From a virus, in IMG/VR virus record IMGVR_UViG_3300023184_000046, positions 1 through 64,000 of that record: a DNA stretch of 64,000 bases. The stretch is one strand, 5' to 3'. Shown here piece after piece: positions 19,923 through 31,351 of this stretch. Made by a program: the position numbers and the translations under genes. The notes under the pieces are model-generated. The model saw only the letters and a program-made list of their open reading frames with translations, was not told the DNA's origin and ran no database searches. Within the stretch, counting starts at the first letter, position 1. The number at the start of each line of letters is the position of its first letter.

Positions 19923-20427
19923 CTATTGCTTTGAAAAGACATCCTTTTTTAATAGCATCAAATGCCCATAATAATTTCATTATGTTTTCTGGGTTGTCTT
20001 TACCAAAAATTCCTATCTTATTATAGATTTTTTTATTTATTAATAAACCATTTAAAGGATTTTTAATAAATTCATAGACTCTGTTTTTCACTGGGAACAA
20101 TATATCTGTATCTGATGTGATGTATTTTGACAATCTATTGATAACATCAAAGTGCAAACATGTACCAGCATGTAATAAAAAACACCATTCAGTATTACAG
20201 TTTCTTAAGGCAATATCATAATTTTCTAAAATTTGAAAACTTTTAGTGCATATTTTATTTAAATTTTCATCATTAAAATAATCAAATTCTAAATTGTTTG
20301 TAATAATAATTTTTTTATATTTATCAAATATTTTATAATTATATCTTAATGTTTCATTAATTTTATTAGTATTTTTATCAGCAACAACAATTGCCATAGA
20401 GACATCTAGATTTTTAGGCTCAAACAT
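19906..20427 (-). CDS. Degenerate GT-A/GT2-like protein
   Basis: YDIALRNCNTEWCFLLHAG echoes the GT2 N.....A..EW..FLD.D motif, with the DxD lost. Confidence 0.4.
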   Translation of the reverse strand: MFEPKNLDVSMAIVVADKNTNKINETLRYNYKIFDKYKKIIITNNLEFDYFNDENLNKICTKSFQILENYDIALRNCNTEWCFLLHAGTCLHFDVINRLSKYITSDTDILFPVKNRVYEFIKNPLNGLLINKKIYNKIGIFGKDNPENIMKLLWAFDAIKKGCLFKAIVGINI

Positions 20428-20448
20428 AATGACCTCAAAAAATTAATT

Positions 20449-21243
20449 TTATGCTATAGAAACATCAAAATCAATTTTTATTATGTCATATTCCGTTAAA
20501 GAATGCAACAATTTAAATGTAATTAAATCTACATCTAGTGTGAATTTATTTTTTTTCCAAGTTTGATTTACATTTGGATTTGCAGCTGGAACAAATACCT
20601 CATAATCAGAAAAAATCTGAACGCCATTTATTAACACCCTTAAGGTATTGTTCATAATAGGTTTTGATAAACCAGTTGTGTAAGTTTTATAATCTGGTGT
20701 TAAATATGAAGCAGTAGGCGTAACACCGTAAAAATGTTGATGGGCACTTTCCAAAGGAAATTGCAAATCAGCAGTCAATTTATTTGGAGAAGAAAATCTC
20801 CATTTTAAAGAATCTGAATCATTTAATTCTAATGTTCCGCTGCCAAAATAAATACCATTACTTATTGAAGGAACATTAATTTGCAAAGCAAAAAAATTAG
20901 CACCATCTTGAATTTGAGCTAATTTCTGTCTTTCATCAATCTTCATCCTAACATAACTTACACCATCATAAATACCATCTGAATGGCTTCCTATATTATG
21001 TAAAGTTATGTCAACTGCACTAGTTTTTAAATCACCATTAGAATCTAAAGACTGATCAAGTCTAGCAGATAAATCTACTCTTGATCCAATGGAATTCTCA
21101 AGTACGCTTGTATTAAAATCTACAGCATCATTAAGAACATTTTGTCTTAAAATTAAAGCAGCAATAGGTAAATTATCATAAATATAATGATAAGGTTGTA
21201 TTGCTTCATAAGTTGGTACATTTATATTGTTTATATTTGGCAT
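20449..21243 (-). CDS. Putative virion structural protein
   Basis: Position in the tail module; LRVLINGVQI...D.I.IDF beta domain. Confidence 0.55.
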   Translation of the reverse strand: MPNINNINVPTYEAIQPYHYIYDNLPIAALILRQNVLNDAVDFNTSVLENSIGSRVDLSARLDQSLDSNGDLKTSAVDITLHNIGSHSDGIYDGVSYVRMKIDERQKLAQIQDGANFFALQINVPSISNGIYFGSGTLELNDSDSLKWRFSSPNKLTADLQFPLESAHQHFYGVTPTASYLTPDYKTYTTGLSKPIMNNTLRVLINGVQIFSDYEVFVPAANPNVNQTWKKNKFTLDVDLITFKLLHSLTEYDIIKIDFDVSIA

Positions 21244-21275
21244 AATATCTATATATTTTCAAAGTAAATTATTTA

Positions 21276-21779
21276 TCAAATGAAATTTAAATTCCAATTC
21301 CAAGTTATTTGCATTTGGTCTGTTTTATTAATTGCACCAAAAGTAATCATGCTGTATAAATCTCCTGTTCCCATTACTAATGCCATTTCATTTAATGCAT
21401 ATCCATTTGCATCTGCATAAGTTAATACAGATGTAAAGATGCCCTGAGTTGTATTAGAAGGATTAATTTGAGAAATTACGGGCTTTGTAGCCCTTGTAAT
21501 GCCATAAAGACCATTTATATTGGCATCGACATACAATGGAACATTTCCTGATTCTCCACCATCACCAAAAATCATAGATTTAATATAATATTCGAAGCTT
21601 GAAGTAACTTGGCCAGAATCATTAGTGCAATTATTTAAATTTCTAGTTAAAGATTTTACTAAAGCTTCTCTTCCAGTCTTCAAAACGGTATTTTTAAAAT
21701 TTTTCTTAAAAATATCACCATTCTTATATTTTATAATCATATCAACATCGCCAATGGTATTTATAGCTGATTTATACAT
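21276..21779 (-). CDS. Tail-collar/fibre-attachment-like baseplate protein
   Basis: NTVLKTGR..L, MIFGDGG, ANG..LNEMAL, TF..INKT...ITW.W; start moved to ATG 21779. Confidence 0.55.
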   Translation of the reverse strand: MYKSAINTIGDVDMIIKYKNGDIFKKNFKNTVLKTGREALVKSLTRNLNNCTNDSGQVTSSFEYYIKSMIFGDGGESGNVPLYVDANINGLYGITRATKPVISQINPSNTTQGIFTSVLTYADANGYALNEMALVMGTGDLYSMITFGAINKTDQMQITWNWNLNFI

Positions 21780-21780
21780 A

Positions 21781-24700
21781 TCAAACCTGACCTTTCGTGT
21801 TTTTTCCATCTTTTGTTTCAATAACAAATGATACATTTTCCTTTTGATTAATTATATCACTTGGATCATTGTTTTTCTTTGAGTCATTCATGGCAACCAT
21901 AGAATTACTTAACTCTGATAGTCTAAATGTTGATGAATCACAAAGAATTATTTCTTCTTCATTTTGATTTTTGGCAGTCACCTGATTAGCTCCACTTCTA
22001 TTTAAATCACAACTTATTACATATTCGCCAATAGGCTCAATCGAATTCTTTAAATCTAAATATAAATTATAAATTATATTTTCTTTCTTTTTAAACTGTT
22101 TGCAATTAACACTTAATGATGATCCGCCACTAATATAAGTTCCAAGATTTAAAGGTAACCCAGAAAGCACTAAATAATCTGTTGAAAGCTGTGTGTAAAA
22201 ATTTGTAATCTTATAAAGGGCATCATTAATAGTAATGATAAAATTTTCTTTAAATGTATTATCATCTAAAGATCCAGATACATCTGAGCTTTGTAAAACA
22301 GGCATAATTGATGGTTTTTCTATAATGATACCATCATAAACTAAATTACCAGACTTTTCAGGAACTACTCTGTCTAATATCTGACCACTGAATCCTACTA
22401 TATCACCATTATTCCAATTGCTAATATAAAATTCATTTTCGTTACATCCATAACTTAAAATAACATATTGTTTGTCAGCAGAAATATGATAAAAATAATT
22501 TCCAATTCTTACACGATCTTTTGTACTTCCAAAGTTACTATCATTTGCAATAACTAATCCTTTGTTTTGAGCATTCAAAGATCCTGAAGTAGAAAAATAT
22601 ATTTTTTGATTATTGCCATTTATTAAATCATACTTAATATCATTTATATAAATTCCTTCATTGAGAGCAGGCAGTGTATTATCATATTCTAATATTACAG
22701 ATCCATCTGGATTAATATCATAAATATTATAAATGTTAAATGTTGTTGGAAATGTAGTGTAATACTTAATTTTGAAACAATTTGTAGATATTCCTTTTTG
22801 AATATCTAAAACTGTTGTAATCGTATTGTGGTTTTCTTCATTAGCTAAAAGCAAATCTTTGAAATTATAAATGCTTTCTTGTGTAATTGAAAAATTTGTA
22901 CCTGAAAAATTAATATTACTTAATCTAAAGGCAAATTCAGATTGATTAATAGGCTGTGTAAATAAAACTTCTTCGTAAATTTGAATTAGATTTTTTTCTG
23001 GATTTAATACTGTGTATTTACCTGCGTTAAAACTAGGACTTAATATTTCTAGTAATGTATTTGTTCTGATGTTTAATCCAATGTCCGAAAAATCAATCAA
23101 AGGAGAAAACAACATGATTCTTGAGTTAAAACCAGAAACGCTCTCATCTCCTAAATCATCCATTATTGCCAACGAATCTCTTCTTACTGCTCTTTGTAAT
23201 AACCCTAAAAACATATCTCTATTGAAAAATACTTGAGCGTTACCAGAAATAAGGTTATCTGTTACTTTACAAGTAACAAGCATTTCTACGCTTTCTTCAG
23301 GAGGAAGTATTATAGTTTCAAAATATCCCGAATAATTCAAACTGTGTAAAATACTATGGAATGGCGTGAATTCTTTTAAAATATTAAATACTTCTTGAAT
23401 TCTTTCACTATTTAAATTTTCAATTTCTAAATTTAAATTATAAAGTGTTGTAACAAATCCGCTACAAGGATCTAAGAAGTTTTTATCAATATCGCATGGA
23501 TTGCTACTGTCTCTCAAGGAGCCATTGTATTCATCCATATTATAAATATTTTCAGAATAAGGAAACTCAGTTCTGATTTTACCAAAAACAATTGATTCAT
23601 TGAAAGGATTTTTGTTTGGTATAAGTTCATTGAAAAATGGATCATCTTCTTCAATAACTCTGGCATTCCAGTTTTTAGGAGGATAAACTATATTTAAATC
23701 ATTCCTCAAATCAGCTAAAGGCAAACTTCTTAAGTATTCTTCTAATATTTGATCTAGATTGTTATCAATGCTTTTATATTGATAAAGTATTTTTAAAGTG
23801 TTTCCATTTTTTAAAGGAAATCCAATCCATGTAACAGTACTAATGTTGTTTTCTGTATTAATTATTATATTTGATAATGGTTGCTCAATAAAATCACCGT
23901 TTTGCTCTTTGAAATATATGGCAAAATTTTTATTGTTTACAGGTAAACTTATTTTTGATAGTATAAATTTAACCTGCCCATTCAAAGTATAAAAAACATC
24001 ATTCCAAGTATACTTTGAATAAATTTGATATAAAGATGTATATTTTCTTAGAATTACACCAGCATCACCTAAAACTGATTCTAACCCTTTTAATGTACCT
24101 TTTAATTTAAAGTTTGGTATAGCTTTAGCTATTTGCCTTCTCCACCTAATTGGATCATTTGATTTAAATGCAAGTTTATAAAAATTTCCAAGATAAGGAA
24201 GGAAGTATTCTGGAATTAAATTATGATCTAGCAATAAAGGGATTCTATTTGCTAAGTTTTCTAAATAAGCAAATGCATCTCCACAAGCGTTATTAAACTT
24301 TTCTAATATTTCTGGACTTAAATCAGTGTTACTTAATTTGTTTTTATAAACATCTGGAAGATATTTGTTTAATAAATTTGGATATTTATTTTTTGATGTT
24401 TCAAGATTATTTGGGGCTATATACTCTGCCACATTTGCTAATAAACTAAAATAAATATTAGAAGAAAGCATTTGCAGAGAAGTATTTGGTCGCCATTTCC
24501 AATTTATAAAATAATCTCCATCTCTAAGACCATCTTTTTTAAATTTAAATTTAAAATGACCATGTGAAATATCACTCCCAGCATCTATAACTTTTTCTAA
24601 TACAGAATCAGTTTTAATCACTGTCCAAACAGGGTTATTTTTTGATCCATATACTGCTACAGGTAAAAGATTATCAAACTCAATTTTATTAAGTTTAGAT

Positions 24701-25002
24701 GAAGTATCTTGAAGTAGATTTCTTTGAATTATTTTTAATTTTGTAACATAATCTTGATTATCAGGAAACTCACAAACTTTTTGCTTTGCTTCTAAATATT
24801 GAACCTCTAAATCTCTGTTTGTAATTTGATTACTTGTATAAGCTGAAGAATCATTGACAAAGTTTCTTTCAACAAAATTTATTGTAATTGATACAACTTC
24901 AAAAGGATCTTCAAAAAAACAACAATTGGCATCGGGAGTATACAAGTCGAATACTACCGTGTCTGATACTTTTGGATTTTGATAATAATATTTTTCTACC
25001 AT
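21781..25002 (-). CDS. Baseplate wedge protein (P2 gpI/T4 gp7-like segment)
   Basis: LLD...IP..FL.YL...RWRRQI.KAI..FK.KGT.KGL; follows the J/gp6-like gene. Confidence 0.7.
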   Translation of the reverse strand: MVEKYYYQNPKVSDTVVFDLYTPDANCCFFEDPFEVVSITINFVERNFVNDSSAYTSNQITNRDLEVQYLEAKQKVCEFPDNQDYVTKLKIIQRNLLQDTSSKLNKIEFDNLLPVAVYGSKNNPVWTVIKTDSVLEKVIDAGSDISHGHFKFKFKKDGLRDGDYFINWKWRPNTSLQMLSSNIYFSLLANVAEYIAPNNLETSKNKYPNLLNKYLPDVYKNKLSNTDLSPEILEKFNNACGDAFAYLENLANRIPLLLDHNLIPEYFLPYLGNFYKLAFKSNDPIRWRRQIAKAIPNFKLKGTLKGLESVLGDAGVILRKYTSLYQIYSKYTWNDVFYTLNGQVKFILSKISLPVNNKNFAIYFKEQNGDFIEQPLSNIIINTENNISTVTWIGFPLKNGNTLKILYQYKSIDNNLDQILEEYLRSLPLADLRNDLNIVYPPKNWNARVIEEDDPFFNELIPNKNPFNESIVFGKIRTEFPYSENIYNMDEYNGSLRDSSNPCDIDKNFLDPCSGFVTTLYNLNLEIENLNSERIQEVFNILKEFTPFHSILHSLNYSGYFETIILPPEESVEMLVTCKVTDNLISGNAQVFFNRDMFLGLLQRAVRRDSLAIMDDLGDESVSGFNSRIMLFSPLIDFSDIGLNIRTNTLLEILSPSFNAGKYTVLNPEKNLIQIYEEVLFTQPINQSEFAFRLSNINFSGTNFSITQESIYNFKDLLLANEENHNTITTVLDIQKGISTNCFKIKYYTTFPTTFNIYNIYDINPDGSVILEYDNTLPALNEGIYINDIKYDLINGNNQKIYFSTSGSLNAQNKGLVIANDSNFGSTKDRVRIGNYFYHISADKQYVILSYGCNENEFYISNWNNGDIVGFSGQILDRVVPEKSGNLVYDGIIIEKPSIMPVLQSSDVSGSLDDNTFKENFIITINDALYKITNFYTQLSTDYLVLSGLPLNLGTYISGGSSLSVNCKQFKKKENIIYNLYLDLKNSIEPIGEYVISCDLNRSGANQVTAKNQNEEEIILCDSSTFRLSELSNSMVAMNDSKKNNDPSDIINQKENVSFVIETKDGKNTKGQV

Positions 25003-25004
25003 AA

Positions 25005-26552
25005 TTAATTATACAAGAAATTTATTGTAATACTTTCTGGTCTAATGATTTCGTAATATTTTGTAGTAATAATTTTTGATGAAGGTATTTCTACAGTATT
25101 AAATGTAACATCAATATTTTTTATTTGTTTTACATTTGATATAGATTGAATTATATCGGTTTCTTGCAAACTTTGACCGTAATCCCAATTATTTAAATTG
25201 AAAAATAATTCAACACTGTTTTCAATATTTGATCTAATATCATCTTCAAATTTTTTATAATACTTATCCATTGCAACATCAATTAAAATATTTACATCAA
25301 TGATTTCTCCATCTCTTAAACAAATAACATCAGTAAGCATTTTTATTTCATCAATAGAATTTGTTAGTTCTTCTTTAAATTGAGAATTTGCTTTTGCTAA
25401 ACCATTTGTACCGCTTCTTACTAAAACAAACAAGTCAATGATGTTCGCAGCACAACCATAGCTTCTTAAAGCAGCTGTAGACTTGCCCATAATACCATTA
25501 TATGTCGTTGCAAATTGATTGGCAAAAGTCTTGTAATCTTCTCCAGAAACAGTTCTGTTTTGAGTTCTTAAATACAAAGGTATCTTTTGACGAATATCTT
25601 CTACAGTATCTCCAGAATAACCAAATTCACCTTTTGTGTAATTTGATAAAAACACACTTACACTTGATGGAACACCTTCTATTGGAATTAAAGTTTCTGT
25701 ACTTGCAAAGTTTGTAACTATATCTCCATTTGGACCACCACCTACTCTATACAAAACTTCAATTTCACTTCCTACTGAAGGAACTAAACCACCTTTTCCA
25801 TTGCCGAAAATAACATTTGCACTATAATCTGGATTGTATTCTACTAAATATTCTTTATTAGCTAATCCAGAAGTAAAATAATCTACTTGTTCCCATTCTT
25901 GTCCATTTACAATAACTCTTATTGAATCACTTATAATAGAAAAACTTGGTATTGAAAGAATTAAATTAATTGCACCTGTTGAAGTAAATGCAATGTTTCT
26001 AGTTCTGCCAGCTACACCAACAATATTTGAATTAATTAATTGTCCTGCTCTAATAATAATAGGTTCGCCAAATATTGGTCTGTTCAAAGGATCAGCTGCA
26101 TATAATTCAAAAGAAAAAGGTTCCTGATTTGAAACTATATCAATTTCAAAAGGAGTATTAATTTTTATATCAAATGTTTGAATTGCATTAATTTTAGCAG
26201 AAAATAAAGCTTTTGATCCAATTGGAGGCTGTGGCTTTAATCCAGTTAATTTTGCCAACCTAAAAGCATTGTCTAATTCTGTTACAGTATCAATAAAAAC
26301 TTCATTGGCAATTTGATCCATTTTGAAAGAAAGGGTATCTGCCAAAAAAGCAAAATTTTCAATCAACATGATTGCAAGACTAGATTCAACAAAATCATTG
26401 AAATCATTGCCAAATTTTTCTTTAATGAAATTTACTAATCTGCTTTTCATAGAATAAAAGTCTTGATTAGTATAATTTAAAGAAACAATATTTGTTTGTT
26501 TTGGTGTAGAACCTATATCATAAGGCGAAATAATATCACATTTTTCTTGCAT
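25005..26552 (-). CDS. Baseplate wedge protein, J/gp47/T4 gp6-like
   Basis: NYT..DF.S.K..L, D..ANE.FIDT, FGNG..G.VP, YRVGGG..G, QNRTVS.EDY. Confidence 0.9.
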   Translation of the reverse strand: MQEKCDIISPYDIGSTPKQTNIVSLNYTNQDFYSMKSRLVNFIKEKFGNDFNDFVESSLAIMLIENFAFLADTLSFKMDQIANEVFIDTVTELDNAFRLAKLTGLKPQPPIGSKALFSAKINAIQTFDIKINTPFEIDIVSNQEPFSFELYAADPLNRPIFGEPIIIRAGQLINSNIVGVAGRTRNIAFTSTGAINLILSIPSFSIISDSIRVIVNGQEWEQVDYFTSGLANKEYLVEYNPDYSANVIFGNGKGGLVPSVGSEIEVLYRVGGGPNGDIVTNFASTETLIPIEGVPSSVSVFLSNYTKGEFGYSGDTVEDIRQKIPLYLRTQNRTVSGEDYKTFANQFATTYNGIMGKSTAALRSYGCAANIIDLFVLVRSGTNGLAKANSQFKEELTNSIDEIKMLTDVICLRDGEIIDVNILIDVAMDKYYKKFEDDIRSNIENSVELFFNLNNWDYGQSLQETDIIQSISNVKQIKNIDVTFNTVEIPSSKIITTKYYEIIRPESITINFLYN

Positions 26553-26558
26553 TTTCTA

Positions 26559-26990
26559 TCATTCTCCTACAGGTAATTGTAATGTTAAAACTTCTACAAA
26601 ATCAATTCTTTGTGGATCAAAAAATTTAATTTTAATTGTTAAAACATGATCGTTATCATTTAAAACACTTGGATTATTATTTGATGGATTTAAAGTATTA
26701 TCATAACCATTAAATACTTCAATGCTTGATATGACTATTCTAGGCTCCCAAGTTTCAATTGAAGCTGCTATCATTTTTTTTGTTTCTTCTACAACAGCTG
26801 TGTCATTTGGCGAAAACAAAAGCTTACGCAAAGGAGTTCCATAGGATGGAAGCATGACTCTTTCGTATGGATTAGTCATTAATAATTGCACTAAATCTGA
26901 TTTTAAGGTATTTATTCCTTCTTGTGTAAATAAATATCCTAATGGAGACTTACTAATTGGATAAGGAGCACCTTTTAAAATAAAACTCAT
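26559..26990 (-). CDS. GPW/gp25 baseplate protein
   Basis: LLMTNPYERVMLPSYGT.L..LLF, WEPRI. Confidence 0.9.
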   Translation of the reverse strand: MSFILKGAPYPISKSPLGYLFTQEGINTLKSDLVQLLMTNPYERVMLPSYGTPLRKLLFSPNDTAVVEETKKMIAASIETWEPRIVISSIEVFNGYDNTLNPSNNNPSVLNDNDHVLTIKIKFFDPQRIDFVEVLTLQLPVGE

Positions 26991-27017
26991 AATATTATGT
27001 AGTAATTTTAGTTTTTT

Positions 27018-29213
27018 TTAAATTACTAGATTTTGATTATTTTGATTAGATTGTCCATTTTGATTGCCTTGTGCAATTGGATCTACGCTCGCTGCTGTAG
27101 GTGTTTCAGCTTTATCTGAACAAGATCCAAAAATTCTGTCGCTTATTCGTAATTTACCATTTTTTTTATCATAAACTACTATTGGATATATACAATAAGT
27201 ATCTCCTCCATTATCATCTTGGCAATCTCCTAGTCCAGCTAACAAGTATGCTCTTTCTTTTGAAGCATTAAAGAAATAGTCGTTTACTCTATAATCATAA
27301 TTGCTAGTAATTGAAACTCTATCTTTAGTAACCATACTTAGCTTATCTGCTGGATTATCTTTAGAATCTCCTACGATCTCATAATGACTGTCATAACTAT
27401 ATGTAAGATAATTACCTCCAGCCCTTAAAAAAACATAACCTCTTCCAACTGGAGCTTCTTGCATTTCTAATGTGTGTGGTCCTCTTTCTTTGTTATCTGT
27501 CTGTGGTGCGTTTATTCTAATAAACTGCGACTTTGTTTCTTTTTGACTATCTCTATCACTCATGTAAAGCTCAAGACCATAACCGCTTCTTAATTGAACA
27601 TAAGCTTTGTCTGCATTACTTTCGCTGGTATTACCATCTTTTCTACATTTCATATTTTGCTGAAAAACACCTTCGTCAATCATTTTAAACACATGATTAC
27701 TTGTGGAATTCATACTTATGCCACGAGTAGGACCACCAATACCTGGACAACTTGATATTGTTTCATCACATAATGAAATTTCATTACCAAGGGCAGTTTT
27801 AAATTTAATTCCATTTTCAGCTGTTCTTACTGTTGAAGGTTGTTCGACATCATTCATGGAAATTTCATGACCAGTACAACTTTTCCAATATGTTCTACCT
27901 AAATATAAATCACTACAACCAAAATCAAATTTATCAAGGGATCTTTGCCAATTTGGTGTTCCAGTAGGCTGTTCAACACTATCATCCATAACAAAAGTAT
28001 GTCCAGAAATAGAAAGAAGTTGAATTCCAGATTGTGGTAAATCACACTTATTATTTTGAGGTGTACCTGGTCCTTTAATAGGCCTACATTCATTTTTTGC
28101 TTTGAAAAATGGATTTGATCCTTTCTGCGATGCAGTATAAGGAGTGTCAGGTGCTCCTCCAATAACATTTTCTCCGCCTGTATAATTACCTCCTTTACAA
28201 TCTACTGGTTTAGGGAATTTTTCTGGAGTCTCTTTTGAATTTGGAAAATTAGGTTCTATTACATCTCTTTCGTAATCATACAAGGCAGTATTTAGATTTT
28301 CAGTTGGTATTGGTTGTCCAACATTAAAAGCATTAAAATCATTTTTTGTTACATCTGTTTGATTTGTAACATCTGTATAGCAATTTGCATCTCCTTCTCT
28401 TGCACCACCCCCATCAGGATGTGACCACTGACCACAATAATGTAAATGATCATCTTTGAATATCATCCAGTTACCACAACCAGACATTAATTCCATTCTC
28501 TTCCATTTTCTATTACATTTTGCATCACCATCAACCATTTTTATCATATGCTTTTCAGGTGTTTTCATCCCATAAATATTTGGAAAAGTCCCTCTTTTAA
28601 GGTAATCTATATTACTTTCAACATCTTGTATTGAAGTAATGTCGTAACCATTGTAACTTTCAGTGTTCCAAGGTGGAAAAACTTGAGATCCATCTGTGGG
28701 ACCAACTAAATAATTGGCTCCTCTTCCTTGGTATAATAAATCAAATTCAGGAACTGGAACTCCAAGACTTGAACCATCTTTTCCTCTGTTTCTAGACCAT
28801 GTGGTTCCAATATAATAAGCTGATCTCCTATTTCCATTTTCAAAAATTAAACATACTGTAGAACCTGCTGGAGGAATCCAATTAGATCCAGAATCATCAA
28901 AACCACCAAAAGTACTTATTGGAAAAGCCCAAGGTAAACTTGTAATGCTTACAGATTGCTGTAGATCACTAGATTGCAATGGATTAATTAATATTGGATT
29001 AAAATATCTAATTCTATTTTGCTTAAAAACATCAAAAGTATCTACAACTAAAGCAGTATACATTCCTGTTAAGGTATTATCTTGTGAAATAAAACTAAAG
29101 TTTTTAGCAAAAGAGGTCTTTACTATAGTTCCTAAATTTGAATTTAGATCATTTATAAACTTTCTTAGTTGTCCTACTTCTTCTTGTAATTCTTGTACTG
29201 CTGGAAGAGTCAT
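27018..29213 (-). CDS. Baseplate spike, gp5/VgrG-like
   Basis: OB-fold motifs Y.ALVVD..D, LPWA.P, PPAGS.V...FENG, followed by SGH.F.MDD-type beta-helix repeats. Confidence 0.8.
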   Translation of the reverse strand: MTLPAVQELQEEVGQLRKFINDLNSNLGTIVKTSFAKNFSFISQDNTLTGMYTALVVDTFDVFKQNRIRYFNPILINPLQSSDLQQSVSITSLPWAFPISTFGGFDDSGSNWIPPAGSTVCLIFENGNRRSAYYIGTTWSRNRGKDGSSLGVPVPEFDLLYQGRGANYLVGPTDGSQVFPPWNTESYNGYDITSIQDVESNIDYLKRGTFPNIYGMKTPEKHMIKMVDGDAKCNRKWKRMELMSGCGNWMIFKDDHLHYCGQWSHPDGGGAREGDANCYTDVTNQTDVTKNDFNAFNVGQPIPTENLNTALYDYERDVIEPNFPNSKETPEKFPKPVDCKGGNYTGGENVIGGAPDTPYTASQKGSNPFFKAKNECRPIKGPGTPQNNKCDLPQSGIQLLSISGHTFVMDDSVEQPTGTPNWQRSLDKFDFGCSDLYLGRTYWKSCTGHEISMNDVEQPSTVRTAENGIKFKTALGNEISLCDETISSCPGIGGPTRGISMNSTSNHVFKMIDEGVFQQNMKCRKDGNTSESNADKAYVQLRSGYGLELYMSDRDSQKETKSQFIRINAPQTDNKERGPHTLEMQEAPVGRGYVFLRAGGNYLTYSYDSHYEIVGDSKDNPADKLSMVTKDRVSITSNYDYRVNDYFFNASKERAYLLAGLGDCQDDNGGDTYCIYPIVVYDKKNGKLRISDRIFGSCSDKAETPTAASVDPIAQGNQNGQSNQNNQNLVI

Positions 29214-29268
29214 TTTTACATCTGCTTTCTAAAAAATTTAAATTTATTATTATTTCTTCATTTATATT

Positions 29269-31026
29269 TTATGATACTGGCATTCCAACCATATTATCAT
29301 CACTACTGATTGCAAATACATCTAGTGTGGTAACATAAGAACCTGCACTTATTGAATGCTTTGCCGAACCAACTTTATAAATACCAGAAAATCTTGAATT
29401 GCATTTAGGTTTTTGAAGAAATTCACATCCGCCATTATTAGTGCTTTTTTCTATACAATATGAATTAAGAAAAATAATTTTTATAAAGCAATCTTTAAAT
29501 AAATTTATACTATTTGCCCAATACGGATCACCGTGAATTTCCAATGTAGCTTTTATAGGTGCAAATAAATTCATTGCATTTCCATCTCCAGCTTCTGCTT
29601 TAGCTTGATTATAAATTGATTCTGCTGTATCTTTTGTTATATTTATTGGACTTTTGAAATTCATAGCTTCTGCAATTCCACTAACAGTAGCCATAATTCC
29701 ATTTGCTGAATTATTATTATTTCTATTTGCTTTAGTTATAAGTGTTTTGCCGTCTTTTTTATCAAATTTTGTTGCACAATCAAGTAATTGTATTGGCTCT
29801 TGATCAAGAGCACCAGGCCCACCGCCACCAACGCCAATTTTCTCTCTACTGCCTGTAACATTACCTTGTCCGTCTTTTTTTAAATCGTTTTGTACTGGAA
29901 CTGCATTAAATGATGGGTTGAATTTAATAACAGGACTACAATCTCCACCATTAACAATGTAAGTCACAAAACTCTTTCCATCTCCATCTATTATACCTTT
30001 TTCACCTATACAAAGACTTGGATTTCTATCTTCTACCATTAATATAGTTGGCTCACTACAACTTCCATTGTCATATGCAAACCACCATCCTTTTCTGTTA
30101 GATGTAAGTAAGTAATTACTTATTTCTCTTAAAAATGGGAACAATGACTGCCTCCAACTATTCCAAACAGATTTTGGTCCTTCTTTACCACCATCTTTTA
30201 TATCGAAGTACCAAGGTTTATTTGATCTAAAGCTTATTCTTGCAACTTTTTGTAGACTATCATCTTTTCTTGTGGCACAGTTAAATTTAGCAGCTGCTAT
30301 GATTGCACTTTGAAATGATTGCTTCATTGATTCACTGCCCCAAATTTTGTCTAATTTAGTTTCCTCGTTAAATGAAAATCCATCAACAAAAGTCATTGTA
30401 ACTTTATAAACACCATTTTCAGCAGAAACATCTACTTTTTTGAAAATTCCATAAATATATGGGCCAGAGTTTTGTTCTCTACCATCTTCTGTTTGGTAAC
30501 TATTACTTACACTTTGATTCATTTCCTTCATAGTATAATTAGTAATAGTTCCATTGCATCCTTTTATTATCCATCCAATGTTAATATATCCAATTATTGC
30601 TCCCTTTCTGTCACTATCACCTAAATCATACTTGTCCCATTCACATGTTTCTTCTGGTGTTAAACCTAATAATTTATTAACTTTTTCATAATCACAAGTA
30701 ACAATTACTATGCTTCCTTCAAATGATTTTCCTACTGTCATTTCAAAGCTTTGAATATAGCTTTTTGTTGTAGCAACATTATAATATCTTTGAAGTGCTA
30801 ATTCATTGATATCACAAATAGGATCATCGACTCTCCAAGATTCAAGTGCATCTCCAGTTACATACATATCTTTGTTAATTGTAACTTCTACATAAGGCAT
30901 ATAAACATGGTTGTTTTCAAATATTAATGGTGTATGTCTTGCACCTTCACCATTATTAACATAGACATTATTGCCAGAATTAATCTTTGAACCTGCATCA
31001 CACAAATTACTGTAATTACATGCCAT
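29269..31026 (-). CDS. Baseplate hub protein (gp27/gpD-like)
   Basis: C-terminal A.LEI.GDP and SG.Y.V...KH.IS.G.Y.T.L; synteny. Confidence 0.65.
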   Translation of the reverse strand: MACNYSNLCDAGSKINSGNNVYVNNGEGARHTPLIFENNHVYMPYVEVTINKDMYVTGDALESWRVDDPICDINELALQRYYNVATTKSYIQSFEMTVGKSFEGSIVIVTCDYEKVNKLLGLTPEETCEWDKYDLGDSDRKGAIIGYINIGWIIKGCNGTITNYTMKEMNQSVSNSYQTEDGREQNSGPYIYGIFKKVDVSAENGVYKVTMTFVDGFSFNEETKLDKIWGSESMKQSFQSAIIAAAKFNCATRKDDSLQKVARISFRSNKPWYFDIKDGGKEGPKSVWNSWRQSLFPFLREISNYLLTSNRKGWWFAYDNGSCSEPTILMVEDRNPSLCIGEKGIIDGDGKSFVTYIVNGGDCSPVIKFNPSFNAVPVQNDLKKDGQGNVTGSREKIGVGGGGPGALDQEPIQLLDCATKFDKKDGKTLITKANRNNNNSANGIMATVSGIAEAMNFKSPINITKDTAESIYNQAKAEAGDGNAMNLFAPIKATLEIHGDPYWANSINLFKDCFIKIIFLNSYCIEKSTNNGGCEFLQKPKCNSRFSGIYKVGSAKHSISAGSYVTTLDVFAISSDDNMVGMPVS

Positions 31027-31027
31027 A

Positions 31028-31351
31028 TTAAATATTTCTAGGAATTCTTAAAGTAATTCCTGATTTGAAGTCATAAATGTCTTTTATACCATTTGCTTCC
31101 ATTACATACCACCAAAGTTCTGGAATACCATATGCAACATAGGAAACAATATCTGGTCTATATTCAGTAGAAGAATTAATTTGTATGAATTTGTCATTTT
31201 CAGAAAAAGTAATATTTTTTTTTCTTTTGTATGTTTCAAATGTTACTTTATTGTTATCTCCATAATATAAAACTTTTGATTTAATATATCTGCTAGAAAA
31301 ATCAACAAATCTTTTAGCTGAAATAGATTGATAAGTTATTTTATTTGCCAA
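31028..31351 (-). CDS. gp53/LysM-like baseplate protein
   Basis: RPDIVSY.AYG.PELWW..MEAN.I.D...G..LRIP. Confidence 0.8.
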   Translation of the reverse strand: MANKITYQSISAKRFVDFSSRYIKSKVLYYGDNNKVTFETYKRKKNITFSENDKFIQINSSTEYRPDIVSYVAYGIPELWWYVMEANGIKDIYDFKSGITLRIPRNI